A DNA stretch of 64,000 nt, taken from the NCBI GenBank assembly GCA_963612925.1, contig CAVDXG010000003.1, positions 8,267-72,266 of the forward strand, read 5' to 3'. Numbering within the stretch: position 1 is the first letter of the stretch; each line of letters starts with the position of its first letter. The notes below the pieces were generated by a model. The model had not been told where the DNA came from, made no database searches, and was given only the letters and a program-made list of their open reading frames with translations. Positions 51,689 to 61,805 of the stretch are shown one piece after another. The position numbers were made by a program, and so were the translations under genes. The DNA comes from Coriobacteriaceae bacterium. GTDB lineage: Bacteria > Bacillota_I > Bacilli_A > RFN20 > CAG-826.

Positions 51689-52831
51689 ATGAAAAAAATA
51701 ATGATTTTAACTGGTTCAAGAGGAGAATGGGGCTATATTAGGCCACTTTTAAAGCTTATTGAATCAAGAGATGATGTCGAATATCGCTTAGTAGTGACTA
51801 ATATGCATCTTCTTCCAGCGTATGGCAATTCCTATAAAGAGATAGAAAACGATGGTTTCAAGATTCATTACAAAATTCATATGTATCTTGAAGGTGATAC
51901 TCATTATACGATGGCTAAATCTTTAGGAATTTGTTTAACCTCATTGCCGGATATATTAGAGAATGAAAAACCAGACTGGTTACTTTTAGCTGGTGATCGG
52001 GGTGAACAACTTATGGGGGCGATTGCTGCAAGTTATACTTATACCCCAGTTGCACACATTCAAGCTGGCGAAGTGTCTGGCAATATTGATGGAATGGCAC
52101 GACACGCGATTGGAAAACTTGTACACTTACATTTCGCCTCTAATGAGGACGCTAAAAACCGATTGATTAAATTAGGCGAACAACCATTTAGAGTTTTTAA
52201 TGTTGGTGCTCCTCAATTAGACGAACTTGTTGAGGCTAAATATACTCCTTTAAAAGAATTAGAAAATAATTTTGCTTTAGACTTAAGCAAAGGCTTTTTA
52301 CTCGCGGTTATGCATCCTGTGACTGAAGAAAGTAGTAAAGCCGGTGAACAAGCAGAAATTTTCATTAATTCATTGAATGATATTGCTATGCCTAAGATTC
52401 TTATTTTGCCAAACAATGATACAGGTTCTAATGATATTAAAAATGCGATTAATAAATATAAAAAAGGAAATTATCATATCTTTGCCAATCTTAAAAGAGA
52501 AGATTATCTTGGATTTTTAAAATATTGTTCTGCAATTGTTGGTAATTCTAGTTCAGGTTTATTAGAAGCCCCAACGTTTAGAACACCTGCCGTTAATATT
52601 GGAAATCGTCAATTTATGCGTTTTAGAGGCAATAATGTCATCGATGTTTCTTGGGATAAAGCAGCTATTGTTAATGCAATTAAAAAAGCTACATCAAGTG
52701 AATTTAAAAATTATTTAACTCTAAATGTTGATAACCCTTATGGTGATGGCCACTCTTCAGAGCGAATTTTAGATTTGCTTTTAAATACTGATATTGATGA
52801 TAAATTGTTAGTTAAGCATTTAACATATTAA
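51689..52831 (+). CDS. neuC: UDP-N-acetylglucosamine 2-epimerase (hydrolysing), NeuC-type
   Basis: ILTGSRGEWGYIRPLL, GDRGEQL, HIQAGEVSGNIDG and NSSSGLLEAP. Confidence 0.85.
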   Translation: MKKIMILTGSRGEWGYIRPLLKLIESRDDVEYRLVVTNMHLLPAYGNSYKEIENDGFKIHYKIHMYLEGDTHYTMAKSLGICLTSLPDILENEKPDWLLLAGDRGEQLMGAIAASYTYTPVAHIQAGEVSGNIDGMARHAIGKLVHLHFASNEDAKNRLIKLGEQPFRVFNVGAPQLDELVEAKYTPLKELENNFALDLSKGFLLAVMHPVTEESSKAGEQAEIFINSLNDIAMPKILILPNNDTGSNDIKNAINKYKKGNYHIFANLKREDYLGFLKYCSAIVGNSSSGLLEAPTFRTPAVNIGNRQFMRFRGNNVIDVSWDKAAIVNAIKKATSSEFKNYLTLNVDNPYGDGHSSERILDLLLNTDIDDKLLVKHLTY

Positions 52832-52851
52832 ATAGGAGCGAAGCGAATTTC

Positions 52852-53208
52852 ATGGACTATAAGAATTTATGTGTTAATCCTAATTATTCTATTAAACAGG
52901 TAATAGATGTTATCGAAAAGTATCGTGAAAGAGGAGTTGTAGTTATTGAGTATAATAAAGTTTGCGGTATTTTAACTCTTGGTAATATCATTACGGCTTT
53001 AGCTAATGGGCGCGATATTTATAGCAAGATTAAAGATATTTATAACCCTAATTTTATTTACTTGAATTCTACTGACTATAAAAAAGCTTTTGATATATTC
53101 AAAACTAAAAATTTATCGTTTATTCCGGTTATCAATGATGATTATGTTTTGTTAAATATTATTACTCCAAGAGATATCATGAAAAATGCTGTTTTTAATG
53201 TGAAATAA
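52852..53208 (+). CDS. Stand-alone CBS-pair domain protein
   Basis: 118 aa with two CBS-like units (…VVVIEYNKVCGILTLGNI… and …FIPVINDDYVLLNIITPRDI…). RBS AGGAG. Confidence 0.65.
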   Translation: MDYKNLCVNPNYSIKQVIDVIEKYRERGVVVIEYNKVCGILTLGNIITALANGRDIYSKIKDIYNPNFIYLNSTDYKKAFDIFKTKNLSFIPVINDDYVLLNIITPRDIMKNAVFNVK

Positions 53209-53312
53209 AAATAATGTTTTTTCGATTTTAACCTTTTTTATGCATTAATAAAAAGTTGTATGTCATTAGGCACATTGATTATAAAGTATTACGAGCAAGG
53301 AGTTAGTGCTAT

Positions 53313-54044
53313 ATGAACGATTTAATAACATCAATACCACTCGATAAAATTAAAAAATATGTGATTAAGCAAATTAATACATTTTTTCCTGATGAAAGCA
53401 CATTAGAAGAAGACGACAAAGAATTTAATGATGCTTTTTTAGACGCAATTAAAAGAGTTAATTATTGTTTTCATTTCATCAAATTGAATGGATACTCATC
53501 GATAGATAGTAATGGCGAAAAACATTCCTATTTTCAGCACACCAATAGCGATCAATACGCCCAATTCCTTTATTTTTTATCAAATAGTTTGTGGAAAATG
53601 TATCCGCATCGAAGCTATATTTGCGACAAGCTAATCTTGCTTAATAAAATGCTTCATTGCTGCTGGTATACATATAAAGTTAATTTGCCTGATATTTTTT
53701 TATTAGGTCATCCTGTTGGTTCGGTTATTGGGCACGCAATTTATAATAATTTTTTAGTAATTTTGCAAAACGTTACTATTGGAGATAGAAGATTTACGAC
53801 CGAACCTATAGGCAAATTTTGTTTTTTATCGGGGGGGGCTATGATAATTGGATGTGAAAAAATTGGCGATAGGGTATCTATTGGAGCTAATACAACTGTT
53901 TTTAGAACACCAATTCCTGATAATTCAATTGTGTTCACCGATAAAAAAACTGGTGAAATCAATATAGTTAAAAATAACAAAGATAAATGCAAAGCTGAAA
54001 ACTTTTTTGATTTAGAATTAGCGCGTCAATATAATCTAATTTAA
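53313..54044 (+). CDS. Hexapeptide-repeat O-acetyltransferase (serine-acetyltransferase-like)
   Basis: Helical N-domain followed by left-handed beta-helix repeats (GHPVGSVIGHAIYNNFLVILQNVTIGD...IGDRVSIGANTTV). Confidence 0.65.
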   Translation: MNDLITSIPLDKIKKYVIKQINTFFPDESTLEEDDKEFNDAFLDAIKRVNYCFHFIKLNGYSSIDSNGEKHSYFQHTNSDQYAQFLYFLSNSLWKMYPHRSYICDKLILLNKMLHCCWYTYKVNLPDIFLLGHPVGSVIGHAIYNNFLVILQNVTIGDRRFTTEPIGKFCFLSGGAMIIGCEKIGDRVSIGANTTVFRTPIPDNSIVFTDKKTGEINIVKNNKDKCKAENFFDLELARQYNLI

Positions 54045-54079
54045 AATGAATTAACCCTATTACCTAGGAATACAGCAAA

Positions 54080-55132
54080 ATGACAGAAGCAGAAATAAAT
54101 AAACGTTTAGAAAAATATTATGAGAATGTAAATAAAAAGAATCATATCGTAACTGTTTTTTTAACTACGCATAAAAGACCTTATTATGTATCTTTGGCTA
54201 TTCATAGCGTTTTAAAACAAACGTATAAAGATTTTTATTTGATTGTACTTGACAATATGTCAGAAGATTCTACTCAAAATGTTGTTGAAGGTTTTGGTGA
54301 TGATAGACTTATTTATTTAGAAAGAAGTAGCAAAAATAACACTTTGACAAATTATGAGTTTGCTTTTTCAATTTGCAAAACTAAGTATGTCGTTATTTTC
54401 CATGATGACGATATAGTGCATGAAGATTATTTAGAAAAGATGCTTTCTATTTTAGAGGAACATGATGATTATTGCTTATTATCATGCTCTTACAATGTTA
54501 TAGATGAAAATGGTGTCATTGGGTCTGATTATGGCTTTTGTCCGCAAAAGTTTAATGGAGTCGTTACTTATAAAAAAGACGAATTTTTGATTGATTATTA
54601 TACAGAAAAAAGAAGGGATGAATACATTCTTTTACCAACAGTAATGTATAAGCGAGATTTTTTTAAAGACATAAGCAAATTTTTAGACAAAAGAGCCGGC
54701 CCATCTGGCGATAATTTTATTTACATGCAAGCTGAACGTTTCGGAGGCACCCTCGCTGTTCTTGGCGATGTTTTATTTGATTATAGAAAATATAGTGGCC
54801 AGGCTTCATCTACGACAGCTAGCACGCGAGAAATGCAATTAATGTTTTTTTTATTTACTCAAGATTACTATAAAGAGAAACTTAGAGCACATCTTTATAG
54901 TAATTATTTTCATGGTGTAATTTTATCCACTTTAGTATCATCTATTAAGGATTATCATTTACATAAAATTGATAAAAATAAACTTAAGGCCATTTACGCT
55001 ATGGTGCCTAAGCAACTAAGAAACCATAAAAACAATTTTGTTATTTTTAATTTTAAAATCGCTACTGCCTTGCCGAAACTTTACTACTTTCTTTTTAAAA
55101 TGATTTTCATACTAAAAGGCCATCGCTACTAA
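54080..55132 (+). CDS. Family-2 glycosyltransferase
   Basis: VTVFLTTHKRPYYVSLAIHSVLKQTYKDFYLIVLDNMSEDST and HDDD. Confidence 0.8.
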   Translation: MTEAEINKRLEKYYENVNKKNHIVTVFLTTHKRPYYVSLAIHSVLKQTYKDFYLIVLDNMSEDSTQNVVEGFGDDRLIYLERSSKNNTLTNYEFAFSICKTKYVVIFHDDDIVHEDYLEKMLSILEEHDDYCLLSCSYNVIDENGVIGSDYGFCPQKFNGVVTYKKDEFLIDYYTEKRRDEYILLPTVMYKRDFFKDISKFLDKRAGPSGDNFIYMQAERFGGTLAVLGDVLFDYRKYSGQASSTTASTREMQLMFFLFTQDYYKEKLRAHLYSNYFHGVILSTLVSSIKDYHLHKIDKNKLKAIYAMVPKQLRNHKNNFVIFNFKIATALPKLYYFLFKMIFILKGHRY

Positions 55133-55186
55133 AGATTTAGATTATGATTGTATATTGGTTAATAAATAATTGTTATAATTCATTCT

Positions 55187-55828
55187 ATGAAAAAAAATAT
55201 AAATACTGTTACTTACAAATTTAGCACCTCACAAAAGATATATTTGCCCTTTAAAAGATTTATATCTTTCTTCGGCTCTATTCTTGGAATCATTTTTTGC
55301 TTAGCTCTTCTTTGGTGGTGGGTGTTCCCAATTAATGCAATTGTGACTAAGGGGCATCCAATTTTTGTCCAAGAGAGACTTGGAAAAAACAAAAAAGTTT
55401 TTGACTTGTTTAAATTTAGATCAATGAAATTGGATGCAAACCCAAATTTAGCGCCGTCTGAGATGAGTGAGATAGAGCAAGAACATATGAAAACCAAATT
55501 TGGTGAATTTCTAAGAAAAACATCGATTGATGAAACGCTTCAATTGTTAAACATATTTGTAGGGCAAATGGCGTTTGTTGGCCCTAGACCAGGTGCGGCT
55601 CATAATGAAGAAGAACTTGTTCAGTTTAGAGAAAAATATCAGCCAAGTGCATTTCTAGTCAAACCAGGATTAAGCGGATATGCTCAAGTAAAGATGAAAA
55701 GAGACCACAGCCCTGAGGAAAAGGCTAAATTGGATTCTTATTATATCAGCCATATGTCTTTTTGGATGGATGTCAAAGTCTTTTTTATAACAGTATTTGG
55801 TATATTTAAAAGCGAGAAAGGCAAATAA
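55187..55828 (+). CDS. Initiating phosphoglycosyl transferase (bacterial sugar transferase family, PglC/WbaP-C-like)
   Basis: Single N-terminal re-entrant helix, PIFVQERLGKNKKVFDLFKFRSM, DETLQLLNIFVGQMAFVGPRP. Confidence 0.88.
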   Translation: MKKNINTVTYKFSTSQKIYLPFKRFISFFGSILGIIFCLALLWWWVFPINAIVTKGHPIFVQERLGKNKKVFDLFKFRSMKLDANPNLAPSEMSEIEQEHMKTKFGEFLRKTSIDETLQLLNIFVGQMAFVGPRPGAAHNEEELVQFREKYQPSAFLVKPGLSGYAQVKMKRDHSPEEKAKLDSYYISHMSFWMDVKVFFITVFGIFKSEKGK

Positions 55829-55918
55829 GATGGTTCTCTTATCGTTTAATGTAAGAGCGATTCTTAAATTCGATATGTTTAACATCAAAAGTGATATTAT
55901 TTTCTAAGTTATTTTTTT

Positions 55919-57148
55919 ATGGAAATATCTTCTACTAAAAAAACAATGCAAAATAGAGAAAACGACGTTTTGTATATAATTATTGGCTCATATTATTTAA
56001 GCGAAGATTCTAATTTCGCAATTACTAATTTTTATAAAAAAAGTGTAGCCATTTCTAACCTTGTTTTTGAAGGGAAACTTCTTACTGGATTTGACGCTTT
56101 AAATCTTGATTATATTTTTCTTTCTGCCCCAATAGTTGGGAAGTGGCCTTTTTTATCAAAAAAGTTGGTTGTTAAAGGTTTCCATGGTGATGAGAGAATT
56201 CATCCGGTTTCATATTTAACACCATATGGTTTATGTAATTTTTTTAAAGGACTTGCCATAAAAAGAGAAATTAGAAAAATAAAAAAGACATTTCCAAAAA
56301 ATAAAAGAGTGCATGTTATAGCTTGTGAGAGCCATAAACCATATCTTTTAGGAGTTAAAAAAGTCAAAAAACTTTTTAAGAGTTCTTTTTCTACTCTCAT
56401 TGTTCCTGATTTAACAGAAAATATGGATTATTATCATTCATCTTTTCTATATAAATTTTTTAAGAAAAGAAATGCCGCTGAAATCTCTGCTCTTACAAAA
56501 AATTATATTGATTCATTCTTTTGCTTAAATGAAGAGATTAATAAAAAGATAAACCCAAGCAACAAGCCGAGCATCATCTTCCCTTGTATTTATACTCCAA
56601 TAGATAAAGAAAGTTTTGAACTTGAGAAAACCGATGGAAAAATTCACTGCGGTTTCTTTGGAAAGACGGATAAACGCAATGGCATAGAAATTATTGTTGA
56701 AGCCGCGAAGATCGCCCCGAAGAATATTGTTTTTGATATTTATGGCAGCGGAGATGATGATGAATATTTGTCGACATTAAAATTAGACAACTTGATTGTT
56801 CATGGCTTTGTTTCGCCTAATGAAGCCTTTAAAACAATGCATAATATTGATATATTTTTATCGCCAAGACTCCCTGGTGAGGAATACACAAAATATTCAT
56901 TCCCTTCTAAGATTTGCGATTACATGTCTTTTTATAAGCCGATCATTACTTATAAATTAGATTGTTATCCTAAAGAATTAGATAATCTATTTATTTATCC
57001 TAAAGATATGTCACCAGAATCGCTCCTAGAGTCGATAGATAAATGTTGCTCAATGGATAAGGATTATCATTCCGCTTATAAAGTATTCTTAGACAAAGTT
57101 AACTCTGTGAATGTTGTTTCATCGCTAAAAAGTCTTAATGAAAAATAA
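55919..57148 (+). CDS. Glycosyltransferase (GT-B, GT1/GT4-like C-terminal half)
   Basis: The C-terminal half (GFFGKTDKRNGIEIIVEAA...IYGSGDD...SFPSKICDYMSFYKPII) resembles retaining GT4 enzymes. The N-terminal half is divergent. Confidence 0.6.
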   Translation: MEISSTKKTMQNRENDVLYIIIGSYYLSEDSNFAITNFYKKSVAISNLVFEGKLLTGFDALNLDYIFLSAPIVGKWPFLSKKLVVKGFHGDERIHPVSYLTPYGLCNFFKGLAIKREIRKIKKTFPKNKRVHVIACESHKPYLLGVKKVKKLFKSSFSTLIVPDLTENMDYYHSSFLYKFFKKRNAAEISALTKNYIDSFFCLNEEINKKINPSNKPSIIFPCIYTPIDKESFELEKTDGKIHCGFFGKTDKRNGIEIIVEAAKIAPKNIVFDIYGSGDDDEYLSTLKLDNLIVHGFVSPNEAFKTMHNIDIFLSPRLPGEEYTKYSFPSKICDYMSFYKPIITYKLDCYPKELDNLFIYPKDMSPESLLESIDKCCSMDKDYHSAYKVFLDKVNSVNVVSSLKSLNEK

Positions 57149-57262
57149 CCGAATTAACCAATTTGGTATAAAATGATGGTGTATTTATTTAGCGTTATCA
57201 AATATTAGTTTATAATATTTTCATCCCTAGGGAGATTTTGTTAGTATTGGGTACTTCAAAAA

Positions 57263-58435
57263 ATGTTTGTTTACATTGGCTTAATAGTTTTTTATTTCAT
57301 CGCAATTTGCCTTGATTTTAAAAATGTCATCAAACAGAAATATAAAATTATTTTTTGCATCGCTTTATTTTTGCCATTAATTTTATTGTGCTCCTTTAAA
57401 AACATAAGTGTTGGTAATGACACACGAGGATACTATAACTATTATTGGGGGCTTAAAGAATTAAGCGAATATCAAACTAGTTATTTTGAAAAAGGGTTTC
57501 ATATATTTAGCTATATTTTTGCTAGATTAAAAGTGCCTCTAACAATTTATATGCTTGTTTGCTATTCGATTGTTTATGTGCCGTTTATTCTTATATCTTA
57601 TAAGTGGATTAATAAACCTTCGCTAGTGGCTTTTAGTTTATTTTTGTTCTTGTTTACTAATTTTGCTTTGTCCGCTCTTAGACAATCGATATCAATAGGA
57701 ATATGCTTCTTCGGATTTTTCTTGTTTTATTTGTTCTATAAAAAGAAAGATATATTGCATCTTTCAATTGGAATCTCTCTTCAAATAATATTTATTACTA
57801 TTGCTTACTTCTTTCATAAAAGTGCATTAATTTTTATCGTTGTTCCTCTTTTGTGCCTTTATAAAAATAGATTACTTAAAAACCCTTTTTTGTTAATAGC
57901 TGTTATGCTATTATTTTCGCTTTTATCGCCTTATTTTTATGGAATAATTGATAATCTTTTAAATCGCAATATCATCGACTCTTCAAGATCTAAATTCTTT
58001 TTAAATTTAGGGTTTTCAACATGGATCACATACGCTTTATTGTTGGTTAGTTATTTGCTTATGGCTTCTACTAATGGCAAGTTCGACACGCTCTATAGCA
58101 GGTATCCAAAGATTAAGCCATATTTAATGAACCCATTAACTGAAAAGAGCAATAACAATAGCGAATTAGAAATAATGTCTCAAAATTTATCAGTTTTGTA
58201 TTTGCTATTTCTTACTCTTTTTAGCGTCAGTTTTGTTTTTAAGCGAATTGTAATGTATCTTGTCCCATTTATATGCTTCAGTTATGCATTTTTGTTTAAT
58301 CGAGTGGGCAACAAGAGAATTGAAAAAGTATTACTTTTTGCTTCTTTTTGCGGATTAATTATTTATGCTTATTTTGCTACAATTAAATCAGGGTATTTGA
58401 CAGTGTCAAATTATGAATTTGGGTTCTATCTATAA
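57263..58435 (+). CDS. wzy: EpsG-family membrane protein (Wzy-type polymerase)
   Basis: About 10-11 TM segments. An early GNDTRGYYNYY motif is typical of the EpsG family. Confidence 0.7.
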   Translation: MFVYIGLIVFYFIAICLDFKNVIKQKYKIIFCIALFLPLILLCSFKNISVGNDTRGYYNYYWGLKELSEYQTSYFEKGFHIFSYIFARLKVPLTIYMLVCYSIVYVPFILISYKWINKPSLVAFSLFLFLFTNFALSALRQSISIGICFFGFFLFYLFYKKKDILHLSIGISLQIIFITIAYFFHKSALIFIVVPLLCLYKNRLLKNPFLLIAVMLLFSLLSPYFYGIIDNLLNRNIIDSSRSKFFLNLGFSTWITYALLLVSYLLMASTNGKFDTLYSRYPKIKPYLMNPLTEKSNNNSELEIMSQNLSVLYLLFLTLFSVSFVFKRIVMYLVPFICFSYAFLFNRVGNKRIEKVLLFASFCGLIIYAYFATIKSGYLTVSNYEFGFYL

Positions 58436-59646
58436 TGAAAAACAAATTTTTTAAACATTTAATAACTAGTTTGGTAAATATTTTTATTTGTTTTTTGATT
58501 TTATTCCCTTTCTTTGATTTGCTTTGCATTAGTACTACAGGTCAATGCTGGAGCATTGCCAAAGGCATTGAGATAGCCCAAAAAGAAACAAATTCAAAAT
58601 TTTTATCGGGTACATTTGTTGATTCTAAAAATGAATTTTCTAATTACTATTCATCATCATCGTTTTATAACATATCCTATTTAGCAAAATTATATTCTGA
58701 TGATCCAAATGCTAATAGTATCTTTTATCAGTATGAAACTAAAAATGATCAAAGCATTTTTTCTGTTAAAGTTGGAGATGATTATGTTCAAACATCATTG
58801 TTTTTACATCCATATTTAGATGCCTCTTATAAATTTGATTTTAAATTGAAATTTGGCGAGCAGATTTCTTCTTCGGAATTAAATAGTGCTTGTGAATATT
58901 TATATATTTCTGAATCATTGGCGAACAGCTTAAATCTAACTGTTGATAACATTAAAGACTTTTCTTTGCCAGTAAGGATGAATTATTTTTCTTCCGAGGC
59001 AACTAAAAGCACTTTTAAAGATGTCCATATCGCCGGCGTTGTTGATGAAGAAAGTATAGGGGTTTACAAAGACTATATTAGCAGTGCCAATTATGCTTTC
59101 ACAAATTGGAGCACTGATGTGCAAAACATGATGAATTGCCAATATTTAAATATTCTTTTTGCTGACGATATCGTGATGAATAAAGTTTATATCAACAACA
59201 TAATATATTTTCCTTTAGATTTTTATATCAATGAAAGTATAGGTAGTCATGAATATTCGAAGCTAACCGAACAAATATTTTTTCCTAATGAAACATTTAG
59301 AGAATCAGAAAAAGTGCTAAACTTCTTTATATCTTATTTAATTTGTAATCTGATTCTTCTTATAGGAGGCATTTTTGCGCTCCATTTTAAAATTTGGTCT
59401 ATCTTACTTGAGGATATGAAGAAAAATAACTTTATTTATATTGTAATTTCGCAATTTGTAATAACCTTATTTTTACTATTTTGTACTCCGTTATATATTG
59501 ATTCAATATTCTTAGTTGTTAATGAATTATACGCATTTTTATTAGTTATATTTATCTTTTTAGCATTCCTATTAAATACTGTTATAAAAATATTGCATGA
59601 AAACGGATTAAGGCTATTCAACTTCAGAAAGAAGAAAGCAAAATGA
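58435..59646 (+). CDS. Hypothetical membrane protein with TM1, a roughly 270-aa outside domain, then TM2-4 (FtsX/MacB-like layout)
   Basis: 403 aa. Its start shares a nucleotide with the wzy stop (TAATG), and its stop overlaps the next glycosyltransferase's start (ATGA). No motif recognised. Confidence 0.55.
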   Translation: MKNKFFKHLITSLVNIFICFLILFPFFDLLCISTTGQCWSIAKGIEIAQKETNSKFLSGTFVDSKNEFSNYYSSSSFYNISYLAKLYSDDPNANSIFYQYETKNDQSIFSVKVGDDYVQTSLFLHPYLDASYKFDFKLKFGEQISSSELNSACEYLYISESLANSLNLTVDNIKDFSLPVRMNYFSSEATKSTFKDVHIAGVVDEESIGVYKDYISSANYAFTNWSTDVQNMMNCQYLNILFADDIVMNKVYINNIIYFPLDFYINESIGSHEYSKLTEQIFFPNETFRESEKVLNFFISYLICNLILLIGGIFALHFKIWSILLEDMKKNNFIYIVISQFVITLFLLFCTPLYIDSIFLVVNELYAFLLVIFIFLAFLLNTVIKILHENGLRLFNFRKKKAK

Positions 59647-60818
59647 GAGTAGCTTTTATCAACACTTTTAATAATGGTTCTACCGGGCGAATTGCTTTAG
59701 AAGTCTTAGATGAAGTCAAAAAGAACGGCGGAGACACTGCTTTATATTATGGAAGATGTCTTAACGATGGGCCTGGTGTTTATACAGGAATTTCTAACAT
59801 TAAAAACAAATTAATTGATGTTTTAGTTGCTTTGACTGGCGATATTGGTCATCTTCATTGGAAAGAAACTAAAAACATTATTCATGAACTTGATAAATTT
59901 AAACCGGATATAATTCATTTCCATAATTTACATGGCAATTATGTTAATCTAGTAAAAATCTTAGAATATACCGCGAAGAACCATATAAAAGCGGTTATTA
60001 CAGTTCATGATTTTTATTTGTTTACTGGTAGGTGCGCTTATCCATTTGAATGTTCTAATTGGCTACATGGATGCGGAAATTGTAAATACAAGCATCGTTA
60101 TCCAAAAACTCTTTTATTTGATAAATCTAAAAAATTATTGAAAGAAAAAATAAGACTATTAAAAGAAATAAATCCAGTTATTGCCTGTCCTTCTAGATGG
60201 ATCATGAATGAGGTTAAAAAATCGCAACTTAGCTTTTGCAAGTGCGAGCTCATCAACAACGGCATTGAAATGCAAAATGATTATGAGCCTAAAGTTCGCG
60301 TTAGCAATAACAAAATAATTCTACTAGGAATTGCTTCTCCTTGGGATGAACGCAAAGGATTGAATGCTTTTAATGAACTTGCTAAAAGATTAGATTCTAA
60401 TAAATATGAAATCCGTTTGGTTGGCTTAGAAGATAGCAACGAAACCAATTCTGATATTGTTAGATTTAAGAAAATGAATAAAAGCGATGTGTTAAAGCAA
60501 ATCGAGGAATGCGATGTGTTTATTAATCCGTCTATCGCGGACAATTTTCCTACTACTAACTTAGAAGTTATATCTATGGGAAAACCAATTATCGCTTATG
60601 ATATCAGCGGAACAGCTGAAGTTGTGAATAAAATTAATGGCGTTAAAGTTCCGCCGTATAATGTTGATGCCTTATATAATGCAATTTTAAATTTTAAGGT
60701 AGCTGATTATAATCCAAAAGCGATTATGGAAGACGCCAAGAAATATTCTTTGCAAGAGATGAAAAATAAATATTATCAGCTCTTTGTATCATTAATGGGT
60801 GGATCACATATAAAATAA
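59643..60818 (+). CDS. Glycosyltransferase, GT4-like
   Basis: GT-B layout. The C-terminal half (...DVFINPSIADNFPTTNLEVISMGKPIIAYDISG...) fits the GT4 EX7E region. Confidence 0.75.
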   Translation: MRVAFINTFNNGSTGRIALEVLDEVKKNGGDTALYYGRCLNDGPGVYTGISNIKNKLIDVLVALTGDIGHLHWKETKNIIHELDKFKPDIIHFHNLHGNYVNLVKILEYTAKNHIKAVITVHDFYLFTGRCAYPFECSNWLHGCGNCKYKHRYPKTLLFDKSKKLLKEKIRLLKEINPVIACPSRWIMNEVKKSQLSFCKCELINNGIEMQNDYEPKVRVSNNKIILLGIASPWDERKGLNAFNELAKRLDSNKYEIRLVGLEDSNETNSDIVRFKKMNKSDVLKQIEECDVFINPSIADNFPTTNLEVISMGKPIIAYDISGTAEVVNKINGVKVPPYNVDALYNAILNFKVADYNPKAIMEDAKKYSLQEMKNKYYQLFVSLMGGSHIK

Positions 60819-60841
60819 ATTCGTGTAAATAGGAGCGGAAT

Positions 60842-61804
60842 ATGAAGGCTTATGTTACTGGCGCTGGCGGAATGGTCGGTTCTCATTTAATTGAATTATT
60901 AGCAAAAGAAGGATTCGAGGTTTTTGGTAGTTATTTTCATCCAACAGTTGACATCAATGATATCGACTTTACCAATGTTAATTTTTTTGAACTAGATATT
61001 AGAAATCACGACAAGATGTATGATTTTCTTCAAAAAGAAAAACCTGAATATATTTTTCATTTAGCAGCGCAGTCTTTTCCGGTTATTAGTTGGAAAGATC
61101 CATATTACACAATGGATGTAAATGTTAATGGCATGGTTGGCATCTTTGAATCTATAAGGAAAGTGCAAGAAAATGATGCATCCTATAACCCTACCATTGT
61201 TGTTATTACCTCTTCAGCAATATATGGCGAAGCGTTATTAAAATATGATGTTAATAATCTGCCTGACGAGAATTGTGAAATGAAACCACTTCACCCTTAT
61301 GGTGTGAGCAAAGCTGCAGAAGATTTATTGTGCTTTCAATATTTTAAAAATTACGGATTGAAAGCAATACGAGTTAGACTATTCAACTGCACAGGTCCAA
61401 GAAAAATAGGTGATATATCATCTGATTTTGCTAAACGAGCAGTGGAACTTAAAAGAAAAAATGACAACAAGTTAGTTGTTGGTAATTTAACTGCTCAACG
61501 AGCAATTCTTGATGTAAGAGATTTATGTCATGGCCTACTTTTATTAGCAAATAAAGGTGTCCCTGGTGAGGCGTATAATATTTGTTCATCTCACATTTTT
61601 AAAATGAGTCATGTTGTTGAATGTCTTGAAAAGATTATGGGGGTAAAGTATCAACTTGTTACTGATGCAAAACTTCTTCGACCAGCAGATGAGGCTTTAT
61701 ATGCTGGCAACTGCGATAAAATTAAAGCTCTTGGCTGGGTTGAAAAATATAATTATTACGATACTTTAAAAGATATAGTTGAATATTGGATGAGCAAATA
61801 TTAG
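60842..61804 (+). CDS. NAD-dependent nucleotide-sugar epimerase/dehydratase/reductase (extended SDR)
   Basis: VTGAGGMVGSHL, SSSAIYG and YGVSK (YxxxK). RBS AGGAG. Confidence 0.75.
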   Translation: MKAYVTGAGGMVGSHLIELLAKEGFEVFGSYFHPTVDINDIDFTNVNFFELDIRNHDKMYDFLQKEKPEYIFHLAAQSFPVISWKDPYYTMDVNVNGMVGIFESIRKVQENDASYNPTIVVITSSAIYGEALLKYDVNNLPDENCEMKPLHPYGVSKAAEDLLCFQYFKNYGLKAIRVRLFNCTGPRKIGDISSDFAKRAVELKRKNDNKLVVGNLTAQRAILDVRDLCHGLLLLANKGVPGEAYNICSSHIFKMSHVVECLEKIMGVKYQLVTDAKLLRPADEALYAGNCDKIKALGWVEKYNYYDTLKDIVEYWMSKY

Positions 61805-61805
61805 A

